This document shows, piece after piece, positions 1 to 9,447 of a stretch of 64,000 nucleotides of DNA. The notes under the pieces were generated by a model. That model was not told the DNA's origin, did no database searches, and saw only the letters and a program-made list of their open reading frames with translations. Each line of letters starts with the position of its first letter. Position 1 is the first letter of the stretch. Source of the DNA: Flavipsychrobacter sp. GTDB taxonomy: Bacteria; Bacteroidota; Bacteroidia; Chitinophagales; Chitinophagaceae. The stretch spans positions 223,591 to 287,590 of the forward strand of contig JAEUVF010000010.1 of assembly GCA_016787265.1 (NCBI GenBank), in the 5' to 3' direction. Made by a program: the position numbers and the translations under genes.

Positions 1-1
1 A

Positions 2-1039
2 TTTGCTTATGCAATCACTCAATTCGTTTGTGCGCCGGTGTTAGGTAATCTGAGTGATCGGTTTGGCCGGAGGCCCGTGTTATTGTTTTCGTTGCTGGGA
101 TTCGGGATGGATTATATATTAATGGCCTTTGCCCCTACAATCGGGTGGCTTTTTGTTGGAAGGATCATCGCAGGATTATTTGGTGCGAGTATTACAACTG
201 CTTCAGCTTATATAGCAGATATCAGTACACCTGAGAACAGGGCGCAGAATTTCGGGATGATCGGAGCCGCTTTCGGATTGGGATTTATTATCGGACCGGT
301 TATTGGGGGTATTTTGGGTGAATATGGTGCGCGGGTACCTTTTTTTGCAGCAGCCGGATTGAGCCTGCTGAATGCATTATATGGTTATTTTGTTTTACCC
401 GAATCCTTACCGTTGGTCAACAGGCGAAAATTTGAATGGAAGCGGGCCAACCCGTTGGGAGCTTTCAAACACCTGCGTAAGTATCCGGAGGTATCCGGGC
501 TGGTGATTTCCCTGGTATTGATTTATGTAGCTGCGCATGCGGTGCAAACAACATGGACCTATTATAACATTGAGAAATTTGGCTGGTCAGAGCAAATGAT
601 CGGGTATTCCCTGGGTTTGGTGGGCTTGATGGTGGCGCTGGTGCAGGGAGGATTAATCAGGCTGGTGATGCCCAGGCTCGGGTATCAGCGAAGCATTTAT
701 ACCGGCTTGTTTCTGTATAGCCTTGGTTTTTTGCTATTCGCATTTGCTACGGAAACCTGGATGATGTTTGTTTTTTCAGTAGTGTATTGTTTGGGTGGTA
801 TAACGATGCCCTCTATACAAGGTTATATATCCACGGTGGTTCCTGCCAGTGAACAGGGTGAGTTGCAGGGAGGATTAACTGGTTTGATGAGTGCTACATC
901 CATTGTTGGACCGCTTCTGATGACCAATCTGTTTGCCTTTTTTACGAAAAGCGGCACATCCTATTATTTCCCGGGTGCTCCGTTCCTGGCCGCCGCAGTA
1001 TTGGTATTAATCAGCGGATTACTGGCCAAAAAAGCATAA
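2..1039 (+). CDS. TCR/Tet-family MFS efflux transporter (5' end lies outside the window)
   Basis: The frame is open from base 2. It gives [28 protein letters not shown], the TetA-class MFS signature. Hydrophobic helices continue to the stop at 1039. Confidence 0.8.
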   Translation, partial: FAYAITQFVCAPVLGNLSDRFGRRPVLLFSLLGFGMDYILMAFAPTIGWLFVGRIIAGLFGASITTASAYIADISTPENRAQNFGMIGAAFGLGFIIGPVIGGILGEYGARVPFFAAAGLSLLNALYGYFVLPESLPLVNRRKFEWKRANPLGAFKHLRKYPEVSGLVISLVLIYVAAHAVQTTWTYYNIEKFGWSEQMIGYSLGLVGLMVALVQGGLIRLVMPRLGYQRSIYTGLFLYSLGFLLFAFATETWMMFVFSVVYCLGGITMPSIQGYISTVVPASEQGELQGGLTGLMSATSIVGPLLMTNLFAFFTKSGTSYYFPGAPFLAAAVLVLISGLLAKKA

Positions 1040-1205
1040 ACAGAGAATACTATTTGGCAGTACCAGGATTTAAGCCTAAGTTTGCGCCGTTATTGAGTTG
1101 TTGATCCCGGTTAGGATCGAGTTATTCTGCTACGCAAATTCTGCTATCTGATTTCTCCCGCCCGTATCGTATCGCTCATTTTTTATTTATCTTTTTTTTA
1201 TTTAC

Positions 1206-1520
1206 ATGAACATTTACGTTTCAAACCTGAGCTTCAATGTTGAAGACGAAGACCTGAGAGAATTTTTCGCTGAGTATGGCGAAGTAACATCTGCCCGTGT
1301 TATCATGGACAAATTCACCAACAAGAGCCGTGGTTTCGGTTTTGTTGAAATGTCTGATGATGCAGCTGCCCAGAAAGCAATCGCTGAACTGGATGGTGGC
1401 ATGGTTGAAGGTCGTGCTATCCGCGTAACTGTTGCCAAGCCTCGTGAAGAGCGCAGCAACAACGGTGGTGGTGGTAACCGTCGTTCTTTCAGCAACAACA
1501 ACAGCGGAAGCCGCTGGTAA
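1206..1520 (+). CDS. RRM-type RNA-binding protein with Gly/Asn-rich tail
   Basis: RNP-2 (IYVSNL) and RNP-1 (RGFGFVEM) motifs are present. Length is 104 aa, with a C-terminal NNGGGGNRRSFSNNN tail. Confidence 0.9.
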   Translation: MNIYVSNLSFNVEDEDLREFFAEYGEVTSARVIMDKFTNKSRGFGFVEMSDDAAAQKAIAELDGGMVEGRAIRVTVAKPREERSNNGGGGNRRSFSNNNSGSRW

Positions 1521-1528
1521 ACTGATTT

Positions 1529-1554
1529 AACCGGTCAGGTTAACCTGACCGGTT
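1529..1554. terminator. Bidirectional hairpin terminator between convergent genes
   Basis: Perfect 26-nt palindrome AACCGGTCAGGTTAACCTGACCGGTT. It lies 9 nt after the rbp stop and 14 nt after the stop of the minus-strand gene, and is followed by a T-rich run. Confidence 0.6.
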
Positions 1555-1567
1555 ATTCTTTCTCTTT

Positions 1568-3997
1568 CTATTCCACGATGCGTTCCATTCGTGTCAGTTT
1601 TCCCTCTACGTTAATTCCTTCTACAATTATTCTCCAGCGTTTTGTACTATCGTTATTGTAAACGGTAAACAGAATTCTTCGGTTATCCTTTTCTGTTATA
1701 ATGAATGGATTCCAGAATAAGGTCGTGCGATTGTCTTCCTGATCATGCCGCTGTTCATAACGCATATAATCAGGAGAATAAAATTCTTTCTGGGGTACAT
1801 ATCCCGGAATAGTGGCAAAATTCAATCCTTTTATATTCTCGTTGGCTGCGGCCCCTTTTTTGGTATAAACCGCAATAGCTCCTCCACTACCACCACCTGG
1901 TGCACCCAGAAAGGGGGGGCGGAATACTTTCACCATGGCCACATCGGTCATCGGAATGTTTTGGACCATGGAAACATCACTAATCATTTCATTCAGAAAC
2001 AGGGAAGGCACCCCACCTCTCCAGTTCATGGACATGTTATTGCCCATTCCTGAAATCTGTAATCCGGCAACTCTTCCCTGGAGATACTGCAGAACGGTCA
2101 TGGCCCCTCGTGCAGCCATATCATCTTCAACTATAAACGTATAATCATTCTGACCACGGAATAATCCGGAAGTATACTCTTCTTCCATTTTTTCCTGTTT
2201 GGATTTAACTTTTGCAGTTACTGTAACTCCTTCCAGGGTTTGAACCTTACGGGAGGCTTCTGCCGCTGCGAGATTTTTTTCTCCCATCAGCAGTGATTTT
2301 TGAATTGCTCTCGGATCTAGCCTGGGAAAAACAGGCAAAGGTTTACTGGCAGTGGAAAATGGAATTGCTGCTGGTAAAAAAGCGGGCTTCACATCAATCA
2401 GTGCTTTGGTGGTCAGCAATTTGTTTTTATCGTTGTTGAACTGGTAATAAAGTTTTGCAGTATCATAAAAGACCATACCACCCAACCTGAAATTTCCATC
2501 GCTGGCAACCGGTATGGAAAGAAATTGCTGTCCTCCGCCTTTTAGGGTGAGGATCCCTGTTAGTTCCTGGTTGGTGAGTTCGCTTTTCGTAAGGCCACTG
2601 ACTTTCCCATTAGCGGTAATATAATCTTCGGGACGGTGTTTAATTTCAGGAAATTTTCCAGCCAGCACATCTTCCCATTTGAATCTGCGCCATCCATTGG
2701 TCATCATTACCAGATCAAGATGTTTTGCTACAGAATCCGCTTCACTGGAGAAATAATAGCCCGGTTGATGGATATAGCCTTTTAAATCCGGACTAAGCAA
2801 TAATCCGGAATAGATATCTTCTTCACCTTTTTGAACCGGGTTAATATCAGCATCGGTTATAGACATAGACAGGTTACACTGAATATCATCTGGCACATCC
2901 ACCTGGATTACATTCCGATCCCGTTTAGTCATGCCTTTCAGGGGTACATTTACATCTGTAATGAAATAATAGTCCTGGCGGTTTACAAATACGATCCTTT
3001 CGGCCAGGGGTTTATTGTCATCTGTGAACAGGGTTACCTGAACAATCCCGGCTGGTACATTTTCAGTAGGGATGATCGCCTTAACTTCCGCTGATTTTTT
3101 GAGATTTACCTTGGCCCGATAAATCATTTGCTGTTGGGTTTGTGCCACCACCTGTACCGCTTCCAGGGTAGGGTTCTCACCTTCTTTTCTTTTTACACTG
3201 TACTGAATACCTGCCTGGTTATAATCAACCATAAGAACCACTCCCTGTGATTTGCCGGTGGGGAGGTTTTTTTGCTGGGTTTTGCCGGCAGGATCTTTCC
3301 AGCTGGCTTTATAGGACTCGCCGGCTTGCGGGGTCAGTTCAAAAAATCCCATGCCATTGTGAGTGGTATTGAAACTGGCAACTTTAGCTCCTTTTGAGTT
3401 AAGGATATCACCGCTAATTGTTATGGGTAGTCCTCTGCGATCATTGGCTTTGAAAGCAACCCGTGAGGTGACACCCTGTACCAGGTCGCCACCTTCCGGA
3501 AAGAAATCCAGGAAAAACTGTGGGTTGTTGCTGGCGGCAGGTTTTGTGTTGGCCACAGCAGCGGATGCGGGTTGTAAAACCGGAATCGCTTTGGAATAAA
3601 GGAAGGCTGAATCGAAATTCAGCATCCAGCGTGTATAGGCCCGGATGTACACAATCGAATCTTTCATATTCTCGGGAAGATCGAAAGCGGCGGCGGCCCC
3701 ACCGATAGCGATTGGACTGATTCGCCGGTCGAGGATTTTTCCTTCAGCGTCAATCAATTCCGTATAAAGGTTATTACTAATGGTGGTGATGGTGGAGCCC
3801 ACCATAATGTATGCTTTCAACCAGATGGTTTCCCCGGGGGTGTAGGCAGCTTTATCGTACTGCACATAGATTTTTTCCTGGGGGTATTCATTATCCAGTT
3901 TAATGAGCACGGAATCTATCAATTGGGCGTGGGCTCCAAGCGAGCAGGAAATTACCAGCGCCAGTACGGCCAGAAATCTGTAGTTCAGTAGCTTCAT
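1568..3997 (-). CDS. Secreted 809-aa protein: MG2-like N-terminus plus TonB-receptor plug-like C-terminal domain, no beta-barrel
   Basis: Signal peptide MKLLNYRFLAVLALVISCSLGAHAQ. YVQYDKAAYTPGETIWLKAYIM is MG2-like. The C-terminal LQYLQGRVAGLQI...GGAIAVYTKKG is plug-like, and only about 90 aa follow it. Confidence 0.6.
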   Translation of the reverse strand: MKLLNYRFLAVLALVISCSLGAHAQLIDSVLIKLDNEYPQEKIYVQYDKAAYTPGETIWLKAYIMVGSTITTISNNLYTELIDAEGKILDRRISPIAIGGAAAAFDLPENMKDSIVYIRAYTRWMLNFDSAFLYSKAIPVLQPASAAVANTKPAASNNPQFFLDFFPEGGDLVQGVTSRVAFKANDRRGLPITISGDILNSKGAKVASFNTTHNGMGFFELTPQAGESYKASWKDPAGKTQQKNLPTGKSQGVVLMVDYNQAGIQYSVKRKEGENPTLEAVQVVAQTQQQMIYRAKVNLKKSAEVKAIIPTENVPAGIVQVTLFTDDNKPLAERIVFVNRQDYYFITDVNVPLKGMTKRDRNVIQVDVPDDIQCNLSMSITDADINPVQKGEEDIYSGLLLSPDLKGYIHQPGYYFSSEADSVAKHLDLVMMTNGWRRFKWEDVLAGKFPEIKHRPEDYITANGKVSGLTKSELTNQELTGILTLKGGGQQFLSIPVASDGNFRLGGMVFYDTAKLYYQFNNDKNKLLTTKALIDVKPAFLPAAIPFSTASKPLPVFPRLDPRAIQKSLLMGEKNLAAAEASRKVQTLEGVTVTAKVKSKQEKMEEEYTSGLFRGQNDYTFIVEDDMAARGAMTVLQYLQGRVAGLQISGMGNNMSMNWRGGVPSLFLNEMISDVSMVQNIPMTDVAMVKVFRPPFLGAPGGGSGGAIAVYTKKGAAANENIKGLNFATIPGYVPQKEFYSPDYMRYEQRHDQEDNRTTLFWNPFIITEKDNRRILFTVYNNDSTKRWRIIVEGINVEGKLTRMERIVE

Positions 3998-4048
3998 AAT
4001 CGGTAAACTTCAAGAAGGCTCAATATCCTTAATTTTTTTTTGCCTTCC

Positions 4049-4056
4049 TACATTTG
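4049..4056 (+). promoter_or_regulatory. Candidate Bacteroidota sigma-A -7 box (TAnnTTTG)
   Basis: TACATTTG, 19 nt upstream of the ATG at 4075. Confidence 0.35.
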
Positions 4057-4074
4057 CCTGATTAAAGAACCTAT

Positions 4075-4443
4075 ATGAGTACGTTAATTCAGGAATTTAA
4101 TGACTATCGGGCAAGAATGAACGAGGTCATCCTCAGTAAGAATAACCTGGTAATGAAAAGATTGTGGAATCTGGACACCAATACCTATGAGGAGGGTGCA
4201 CTGGACAGGAAAACCAAGGAAATGCTGGGACTGGTAGCAAGTATGGTGTTACGTTGTGATGATTGCATCAAATATCACCTGGGGAAAAGTTTTGAGTTGG
4301 GGGTAACAACGGAGCAGGTATATGAAGTATTTGCGGTAGCGAATATAGTTGGGGGTACGATTGTAATTCCGCATACCCGCAGAGCAGCTGAATATTGGGA
4401 AGAGTTGGTGAAAGCTTCAGAAGGATCAGGTAAAAACCAATAA
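4075..4443 (+). CDS. Carboxymuconolactone decarboxylase / AhpD-like family protein
   Basis: 122 aa with an AhpD-like CxxC motif (LRCDDCIKYHL). Confidence 0.75.
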   Translation: MSTLIQEFNDYRARMNEVILSKNNLVMKRLWNLDTNTYEEGALDRKTKEMLGLVASMVLRCDDCIKYHLGKSFELGVTTEQVYEVFAVANIVGGTIVIPHTRRAAEYWEELVKASEGSGKNQ

Positions 4444-4503
4444 GATCGCAACCCGAATACCGTTGAAATTACCCTTAATTTCAGGGCAATAAACGATATT
4501 CTG

Positions 4504-5847
4504 ATGCTAAATACTATGATTTCAAAATTTTCCACGCTGGTGGGAGGACTTGCTTTATGTTTCTCACTCCAGGCTCAGACCTATACACCTGCTCCAGTCA
4601 ACCTGGAAGCAAGGAAGGTTTTCCAGGATAATAAATATGGTTTATTTATTCACTGGGGACTATCCAGTATGCTGGGCGATGGAGAGTGGGTGATGAATAA
4701 CCGGAATATCAAGGTAGAAGATTACAAACGATTGATGCCGGCATTTTATCCGGCACAGTTTGATGCGGATAAGTGGGTGCAGACAGCCAAAAATGCCGGG
4801 ATGAAATACATCGTATTCATTACACGACACCACGATGGATTTTCCAACTGGGATACCAAACAATCTGAATGGAAAATCACCAATACTCCCTTTAAGCGGG
4901 ATGTGTTGAAAGAACTGGCGGCTGCCTGTAAAAAAGAAGGTATTAAGTTGGGTTTATATTATTCCACGCTCGACTGGTATCGTGATGATTATCCTCATGA
5001 AACCGGCCGAACCGGACAAGGGACCGGTCGCACCGGAAAAGGAAACTATGCCTCCTACCTCCAGTTCATGAAGAACCAGCTCACTGAATTGCTGACGAAT
5101 TATGGTGAGATCATGTCGATCTGGTTTGACGGACATTGGGACCAGACAAATCCGGAGGGAGCACATGACAGGAGTTCGCGTATAGATTGGCGTTATGAAG
5201 AAATATACGGATTGATTCATTCTCTTCAGCCGCAATGCCTGATTGGCAACAATCATCACCTGACTCCATTGCCCGGAGAAGATTTCCAGATGTTTGAAAG
5301 AGATTTGCCCGGTGAGAATAAATCAGGGTTGAGTTTCCAGGAAGCTTCACAGGAAGTACCGTTGGAAACCTGTGAAACCATCAATGGAGCCTGGGGTTAT
5401 GATATTAAGGATCGCAGGTATAAAACAGTAAACCAGGTGATTCAATTACTGGTGGGAGCTGCAGGCAGAAATGCCAACCTTTTATTGAATGTAGGACCAA
5501 TGCCCAGTGGTTTGATACAACCGGAGTTTACAGATACCCTGGCTGCAGCCGGAAAATGGCTGGAGAAATATGGCGAAACAATTTATGGAACACGTGGTGG
5601 GCCGATAGCACCACAGCCCTGGGGAGTGAGCACTCAAAAAGGGAAGAAAATTTACCTGCATGTATTCAAACAGCCCTATGGAAACATGATGCTGTTACCA
5701 GGGTTTAAGGAGAAAGTGAAGCAGGTGCAGGTATTTATCAATCGCCAGCCGGTAAAGTTCAAACAGCAGGCGGAAGGGTTGATACTACAAACCGAAGGAA
5801 TTTCATTTGATGGTGCAGATGAAGTTATAGAGATAGAACTGCGTTAA
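4504..5847 (+). CDS. Alpha-L-fucosidase (GH29)
   Basis: Signal peptide, then YGLFIHWGLSSMLGDGEWVM and ITRHHDGFSNWDT, both typical of GH29. Confidence 0.85.
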   Translation: MLNTMISKFSTLVGGLALCFSLQAQTYTPAPVNLEARKVFQDNKYGLFIHWGLSSMLGDGEWVMNNRNIKVEDYKRLMPAFYPAQFDADKWVQTAKNAGMKYIVFITRHHDGFSNWDTKQSEWKITNTPFKRDVLKELAAACKKEGIKLGLYYSTLDWYRDDYPHETGRTGQGTGRTGKGNYASYLQFMKNQLTELLTNYGEIMSIWFDGHWDQTNPEGAHDRSSRIDWRYEEIYGLIHSLQPQCLIGNNHHLTPLPGEDFQMFERDLPGENKSGLSFQEASQEVPLETCETINGAWGYDIKDRRYKTVNQVIQLLVGAAGRNANLLLNVGPMPSGLIQPEFTDTLAAAGKWLEKYGETIYGTRGGPIAPQPWGVSTQKGKKIYLHVFKQPYGNMMLLPGFKEKVKQVQVFINRQPVKFKQQAEGLILQTEGISFDGADEVIEIELR

Positions 5848-5850
5848 GCA

Positions 5851-6218
5851 ATGACTGCAAGAAGAAAGTTTCTGCAAACTGCATCTTTGCTGGGCCTGGG
5901 ATGGATTTTTCCGGAGAAGATTGTGTCCAATTTGGAAACAGATGAGCCTGTCCATTCAGATACCAGGGTTTTCTGGTATGAGTTGCTAGGTAAAATAGCT
6001 TTACCCATACTCGGTCCAATGAGCAGGGGACAGTTAAAGGCTGTTATGAAGATCGAATACAGTCCGGCCTGGGATGGTCGTGAAAAGGGCGTGGCATAAA
6101 TGGAGGCATTTGGACGATTGATAGCAGGACTTACTCCCTGGCTGGTCCTGCCACAGGATGAAACACCGGAGGGTAAGTTGCGTAGTAAAATAACGGAACT
6201 TGTATTCCCTCTTCCGGC
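5851..6218 (+). pseudogene. DUF2264-family gene remnant (Tat signal, in-frame TAA, 3' truncation)
   Basis: The Tat-like leader MTARRKFLQTASLLGLG and SPAWDGREKGVA resemble the DUF2264 N-terminus as I recall it. A TAA stop sits at 6097-6099. The same frame continues MEAFGRLIAGLTPWLVLPQDETPEGKLRSK, also DUF2264-like. The frame then runs into the lacI-family gene, leaving about 120 codons. Confidence 0.55.
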
Positions 6219-7232
6219 TCACCTCTTATGTTCCACCAGTTCACCCTCTATGAGAATGTTTTGGGGTGCGGGTTGCTGATCTTCCGGTGCATCCATCAAT
6301 TGCATTAGAATTTCAGCAGCTTTTCTGCCTTGTTTGCCGGGATATTGTTCAATGGATGCCATAGGCGGACTTTCAAGATATCCGGAAATCGGGAGGTTGG
6401 CATAACTGACAAAAAAGATATCCTTGTTGTTCTTGATTTTTTTGGATTTACAGTATTGAATGGCATCGAGCGCTACATAATCGTTGATGGCTAAAACTGC
6501 TGTGGGCGGTTGTTTCAGACTGAGCAGACTCTCCATGGCCGTTGCTGTTCCTTCTCTGGTAAGATCGCAATAGGCAACCAGCGTAAGATCGATTTTAAGC
6601 CGCTTTTTCTGCATTACTTCCATGTAGGTATCTGTGCGTTCCTTGGAAGACTTCATTTCTTTCGGACCATTGATGATACCGATTCTGCGGTGCCCTTGTT
6701 CCATCAGATAAGAAATCGCCTGGTGAGTGCCATGGGGCATATTAAAAGCTACTTTATTATACTCATTGGAAGCGGGGACACGATCAAAAAATACTACCGG
6801 GATACCATATTTTTCCAAAATGGCAAAATGATCCAGGTTTTTGGTATGCTTGGAAAGGGAGATAATAATACCGTCTACACGCTGGTTTTTCATCGCGGTA
6901 AGAATCTCGATTTCCCGCTCCACATTATCCTGGGATTGCCCAATCAGCACATTGTATTTGTGCTGCATGGCAACTTCTTCTATTCCGCTGATAGCACCGG
7001 CAAAAAAATCTTCAATCAGGTAAGGAAGTATTACACCAATAGTAAAGGTCTTTCGTTGTTTGAAAAAAATTGCGGTCTGATTGGGTTCATAGCCCAATTC
7101 CCTGGCTAACTCCTGCACCCTGGTTTTAGTACGCAAGCCAATACTGGGGTGGTCGTGTAAGGCGCGGGAAACGGTTGAAACAGAAATTTTCAACTGTTTG
7201 GCAATTTCTTTGATCGTAGGTACCTTACTCAT
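6219..7232 (-). CDS. LacI-family transcriptional regulator
   Basis: N-terminal HTH IKEIAKQLKISVSTVSRALH followed by a periplasmic-binding-protein-like sugar-binding fold. Length 337 aa. Confidence 0.9.
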   Translation of the reverse strand: MSKVPTIKEIAKQLKISVSTVSRALHDHPSIGLRTKTRVQELARELGYEPNQTAIFFKQRKTFTIGVILPYLIEDFFAGAISGIEEVAMQHKYNVLIGQSQDNVEREIEILTAMKNQRVDGIIISLSKHTKNLDHFAILEKYGIPVVFFDRVPASNEYNKVAFNMPHGTHQAISYLMEQGHRRIGIINGPKEMKSSKERTDTYMEVMQKKRLKIDLTLVAYCDLTREGTATAMESLLSLKQPPTAVLAINDYVALDAIQYCKSKKIKNNKDIFFVSYANLPISGYLESPPMASIEQYPGKQGRKAAEILMQLMDAPEDQQPAPQNILIEGELVEHKR

Positions 7233-7242
7233 GTTTAGCAGT

Positions 7243-7254
7243 GGGTTCGAACCC
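7243..7254. promoter_or_regulatory. 12-bp perfect palindrome in the lacI-family gene leader (possible auto-operator)
   Basis: GGGTTCGAACCC with a central CG, 11 nt upstream of the regulator start codon. Confidence 0.25.
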
Positions 7255-7437
7255 TAAAAATAACCATAAATCAACTAAACAAAAGGCAGTTAAAATTGTA
7301 ATATTGTTCTTGGTTTTTCGCTCCTTTTAGCAGCAGTAAACTTCTTTACCAAAATGAAAGTATTTCAACCTGGCTGCTTCTACTTACTCCTGATATTTCC
7401 AACAGCAATTTTTAAACTGAGTTTAATCTAATAATAT

Positions 7438-8310
7438 ATGAGAAAGCTTCTCCGGGTCTTTTTTCTATTTATTGTATTGGTAGCTTGTAACAATGCTTCC
7501 GATAAATCAATGAACAGTAGCGTTTCACTGGTTGACAGTATTCAGTCTTCCACTAATCATTACTGTTATGAAAATGCGGCTGGAACTGATTCTGTCAGCC
7601 TCCATATTGACCTGGTTGGTACGGATGTGTCGGGTGAATTGCTTTATGCCATCCGCGGTAAAGACAGAAACGAAGGTTCTGTTCATGGAGAATGGTTCGG
7701 TGATACATTGTTGCTTGACTATATGTATCAGTCGGAGGGAAGCTTATCATCCCGCCAGGTTGTATTTCTTAAACAGGATAGTTTACTGGTGGAAGGGTAT
7801 GGTGCCAGTGAGGAAATTGAAGGAAAGCTTCGGTTTGTCAACAGGGCTGAACTTTCATTTGGTCAGGGAATCAGGTTAAAAGAGGTGAGCTGTGAAGCAC
7901 TCCTGATGGCTTCCAGTCCTGCTGCTTCAACTGCACCTATTCAGGTAGAGCAGGGTAGTGAAGGGCTTTATAAGTATAAGTGGGAATTGAAGGAGTTAAA
8001 GGGCGAATCAATTGATGAAGCGAAAAGGCCTCAGTTTGCGTTGCTATTAATGCCTGGTCAACCGGGTCATGTATCTGGTAAGGGTGGATGTAATCGTATT
8101 TCAGGGTCTTTTGAACTCAATGGAACCAATGGTTTGAAATTTGGAGCAATTGCGAGTACTAAAATGGCTTGTCCGGATATGGAACAGGAAGCTATTTTCC
8201 TGAAATCTCTTTCTGAAGTAAATCAATGGAAGATTGTAAACAATGAATTGCATCTGATGTTGAATGGATCAAGTATAGCTATTTTTCAAGCGGTAACCGG
8301 TAAAAAATAA
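7438..8310 (+). CDS. Lipoprotein with C-terminal META (HslJ-like) domain
   Basis: Lipobox FIVLVAC. The C-terminal GKGGCNRISGSFELNG...ASTKMACP is typical of the META domain. Confidence 0.7.
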   Translation: MRKLLRVFFLFIVLVACNNASDKSMNSSVSLVDSIQSSTNHYCYENAAGTDSVSLHIDLVGTDVSGELLYAIRGKDRNEGSVHGEWFGDTLLLDYMYQSEGSLSSRQVVFLKQDSLLVEGYGASEEIEGKLRFVNRAELSFGQGIRLKEVSCEALLMASSPAASTAPIQVEQGSEGLYKYKWELKELKGESIDEAKRPQFALLLMPGQPGHVSGKGGCNRISGSFELNGTNGLKFGAIASTKMACPDMEQEAIFLKSLSEVNQWKIVNNELHLMLNGSSIAIFQAVTGKK

Positions 8311-8311
8311 T

Positions 8312-9400
8312 ATGAGAAAACTTCTTGTTTCACTGGCTGGCTGGCTCTTTTTGACCGATTCGGCTTCCGCCCAATTGCTTCAACCAGGTTTTGATAAGGC
8401 AGAATATGAAGAGTTGATTAAAGTATCGGTTCGAACAGCAAAGGCAAAGGCGTATGCAGATACATTTCCGGAACCTCAGCGATTTCAGATGGTGTACGAG
8501 TCGCCCGTAATGGGACTTGAAAATCTGTGGGATTTGTGGACAGACAGAAACGGACAGGCAGTGATCAGCCTCAGGGGTACGACTACCAATATGGATAGCT
8601 GGCTGGCCAATATTTATGCAGCCATGGTTCCGGCCAGGGGGACTCTAAAATTAGAGGAAGGATATAATTTTGATTACCAGCTGGCCACACATCCACAGGC
8701 GGCGGTGCATGTGGGCTGGTTGCTGGCAACCGGCTACCTGGTTCGGGACATATTGCCTAAACTGGATTCAACCTACCTGTCGGGTACTAAAAATATCCTG
8801 ATCATGGGGCATAGCCAGGGGGGAGGGATTGCCTATCTGCTGACGGCCCATTTATACAGTTTGCAGCGATCGGGGAAATTACCGGCGGATATTCGTTTCA
8901 AGACCTATTGCAGTGCCGGACCAAAGCCAGGTAATCTTTATTTCGCCTATGATTATGAGGCCCTGACCTATGGTGGGTGGGCATTTAATGTGGTGAATGC
9001 TGCTGACTGGGTTCCGGAGGTTCCACTTTCTATACAAACGATCCAGGATTTCAACAGTACCAATCCATTCACCAATGCAAAATCACTGATCCGGAGGCAG
9101 AAGTTTCCGGATAAACTGGTCTTGAAGTATGTATACAACCGTCTGAGTAAACCCAGCATCCGGGCGCAGCGGAATTACCAGAGATACCTGGGAAAACATA
9201 CTTCCAAAATCGTGGGTAAAAAATTGAATGGTTTCCAGGCTCCCGGGTATTATAATTCCAATCATTATGTGCGTACCGGGTCCACAATAGTGTTACATCC
9301 GGATGAGGAGTACCGGTTGCGCTGGCAGGATAGTAAAACAGACATGTTTGTGCACCATTTGCACAGTCCCTATCTCTTCCTGTTGCGGAAACTACCATAA
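8312..9400 (+). CDS. Class-3 lipase / alpha-beta hydrolase family protein
   Basis: Signal peptide and the nucleophile elbow ILIMGHSQGGGIAYLL (GxSxG). Confidence 0.7.
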   Translation: MRKLLVSLAGWLFLTDSASAQLLQPGFDKAEYEELIKVSVRTAKAKAYADTFPEPQRFQMVYESPVMGLENLWDLWTDRNGQAVISLRGTTTNMDSWLANIYAAMVPARGTLKLEEGYNFDYQLATHPQAAVHVGWLLATGYLVRDILPKLDSTYLSGTKNILIMGHSQGGGIAYLLTAHLYSLQRSGKLPADIRFKTYCSAGPKPGNLYFAYDYEALTYGGWAFNVVNAADWVPEVPLSIQTIQDFNSTNPFTNAKSLIRRQKFPDKLVLKYVYNRLSKPSIRAQRNYQRYLGKHTSKIVGKKLNGFQAPGYYNSNHYVRTGSTIVLHPDEEYRLRWQDSKTDMFVHHLHSPYLFLLRKLP

Positions 9401-9423
9401 TAGCACCCGACCGGTAAAAAACC

Positions 9424-9431
9424 TAACTTTG
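9424..9431 (+). promoter_or_regulatory. Candidate -7 box (TAnnTTTG) for korB
   Basis: TAACTTTG, 17 nt upstream of the ATG at 9448. Confidence 0.35.
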
Positions 9432-9447
9432 CGGATTATTTGAGGAT

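Noticed and set aside
1040-1205. 166-nt leader of the RRM-protein gene as a possible structured RNA or riboswitch
   Set aside because: I found only a short hairpin (GATCC-N6-GGATC) and T-rich tracts, and no match to any riboswitch consensus I can recall. Covariance-model scanning would be needed.
6510-7109. 199-aa ORF antisense to the LacI-family gene
   Set aside because: It is fully embedded antisense in a gene with clear HTH and sugar-binding-fold motifs, and the ORF has no recognisable motifs. The same reasoning excludes the other long antisense ORFs: 62264-62845 in fabH, 46566-47030 in msrA, 51602-52147 in GH20, 50813-51304 in GH20, 39391-39855 in the sigma gene, and 25052-25468 in susC.
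7354-7431. 25-aa hydrophobic small ORF (MKVFQPGCFYLLLIFPTAIFKLSLI) just upstream of the META-lipoprotein gene
   Set aside because: It is too short to evaluate without conservation or ribosome-profiling data, and it could be a chance ORF in an AT-rich leader.
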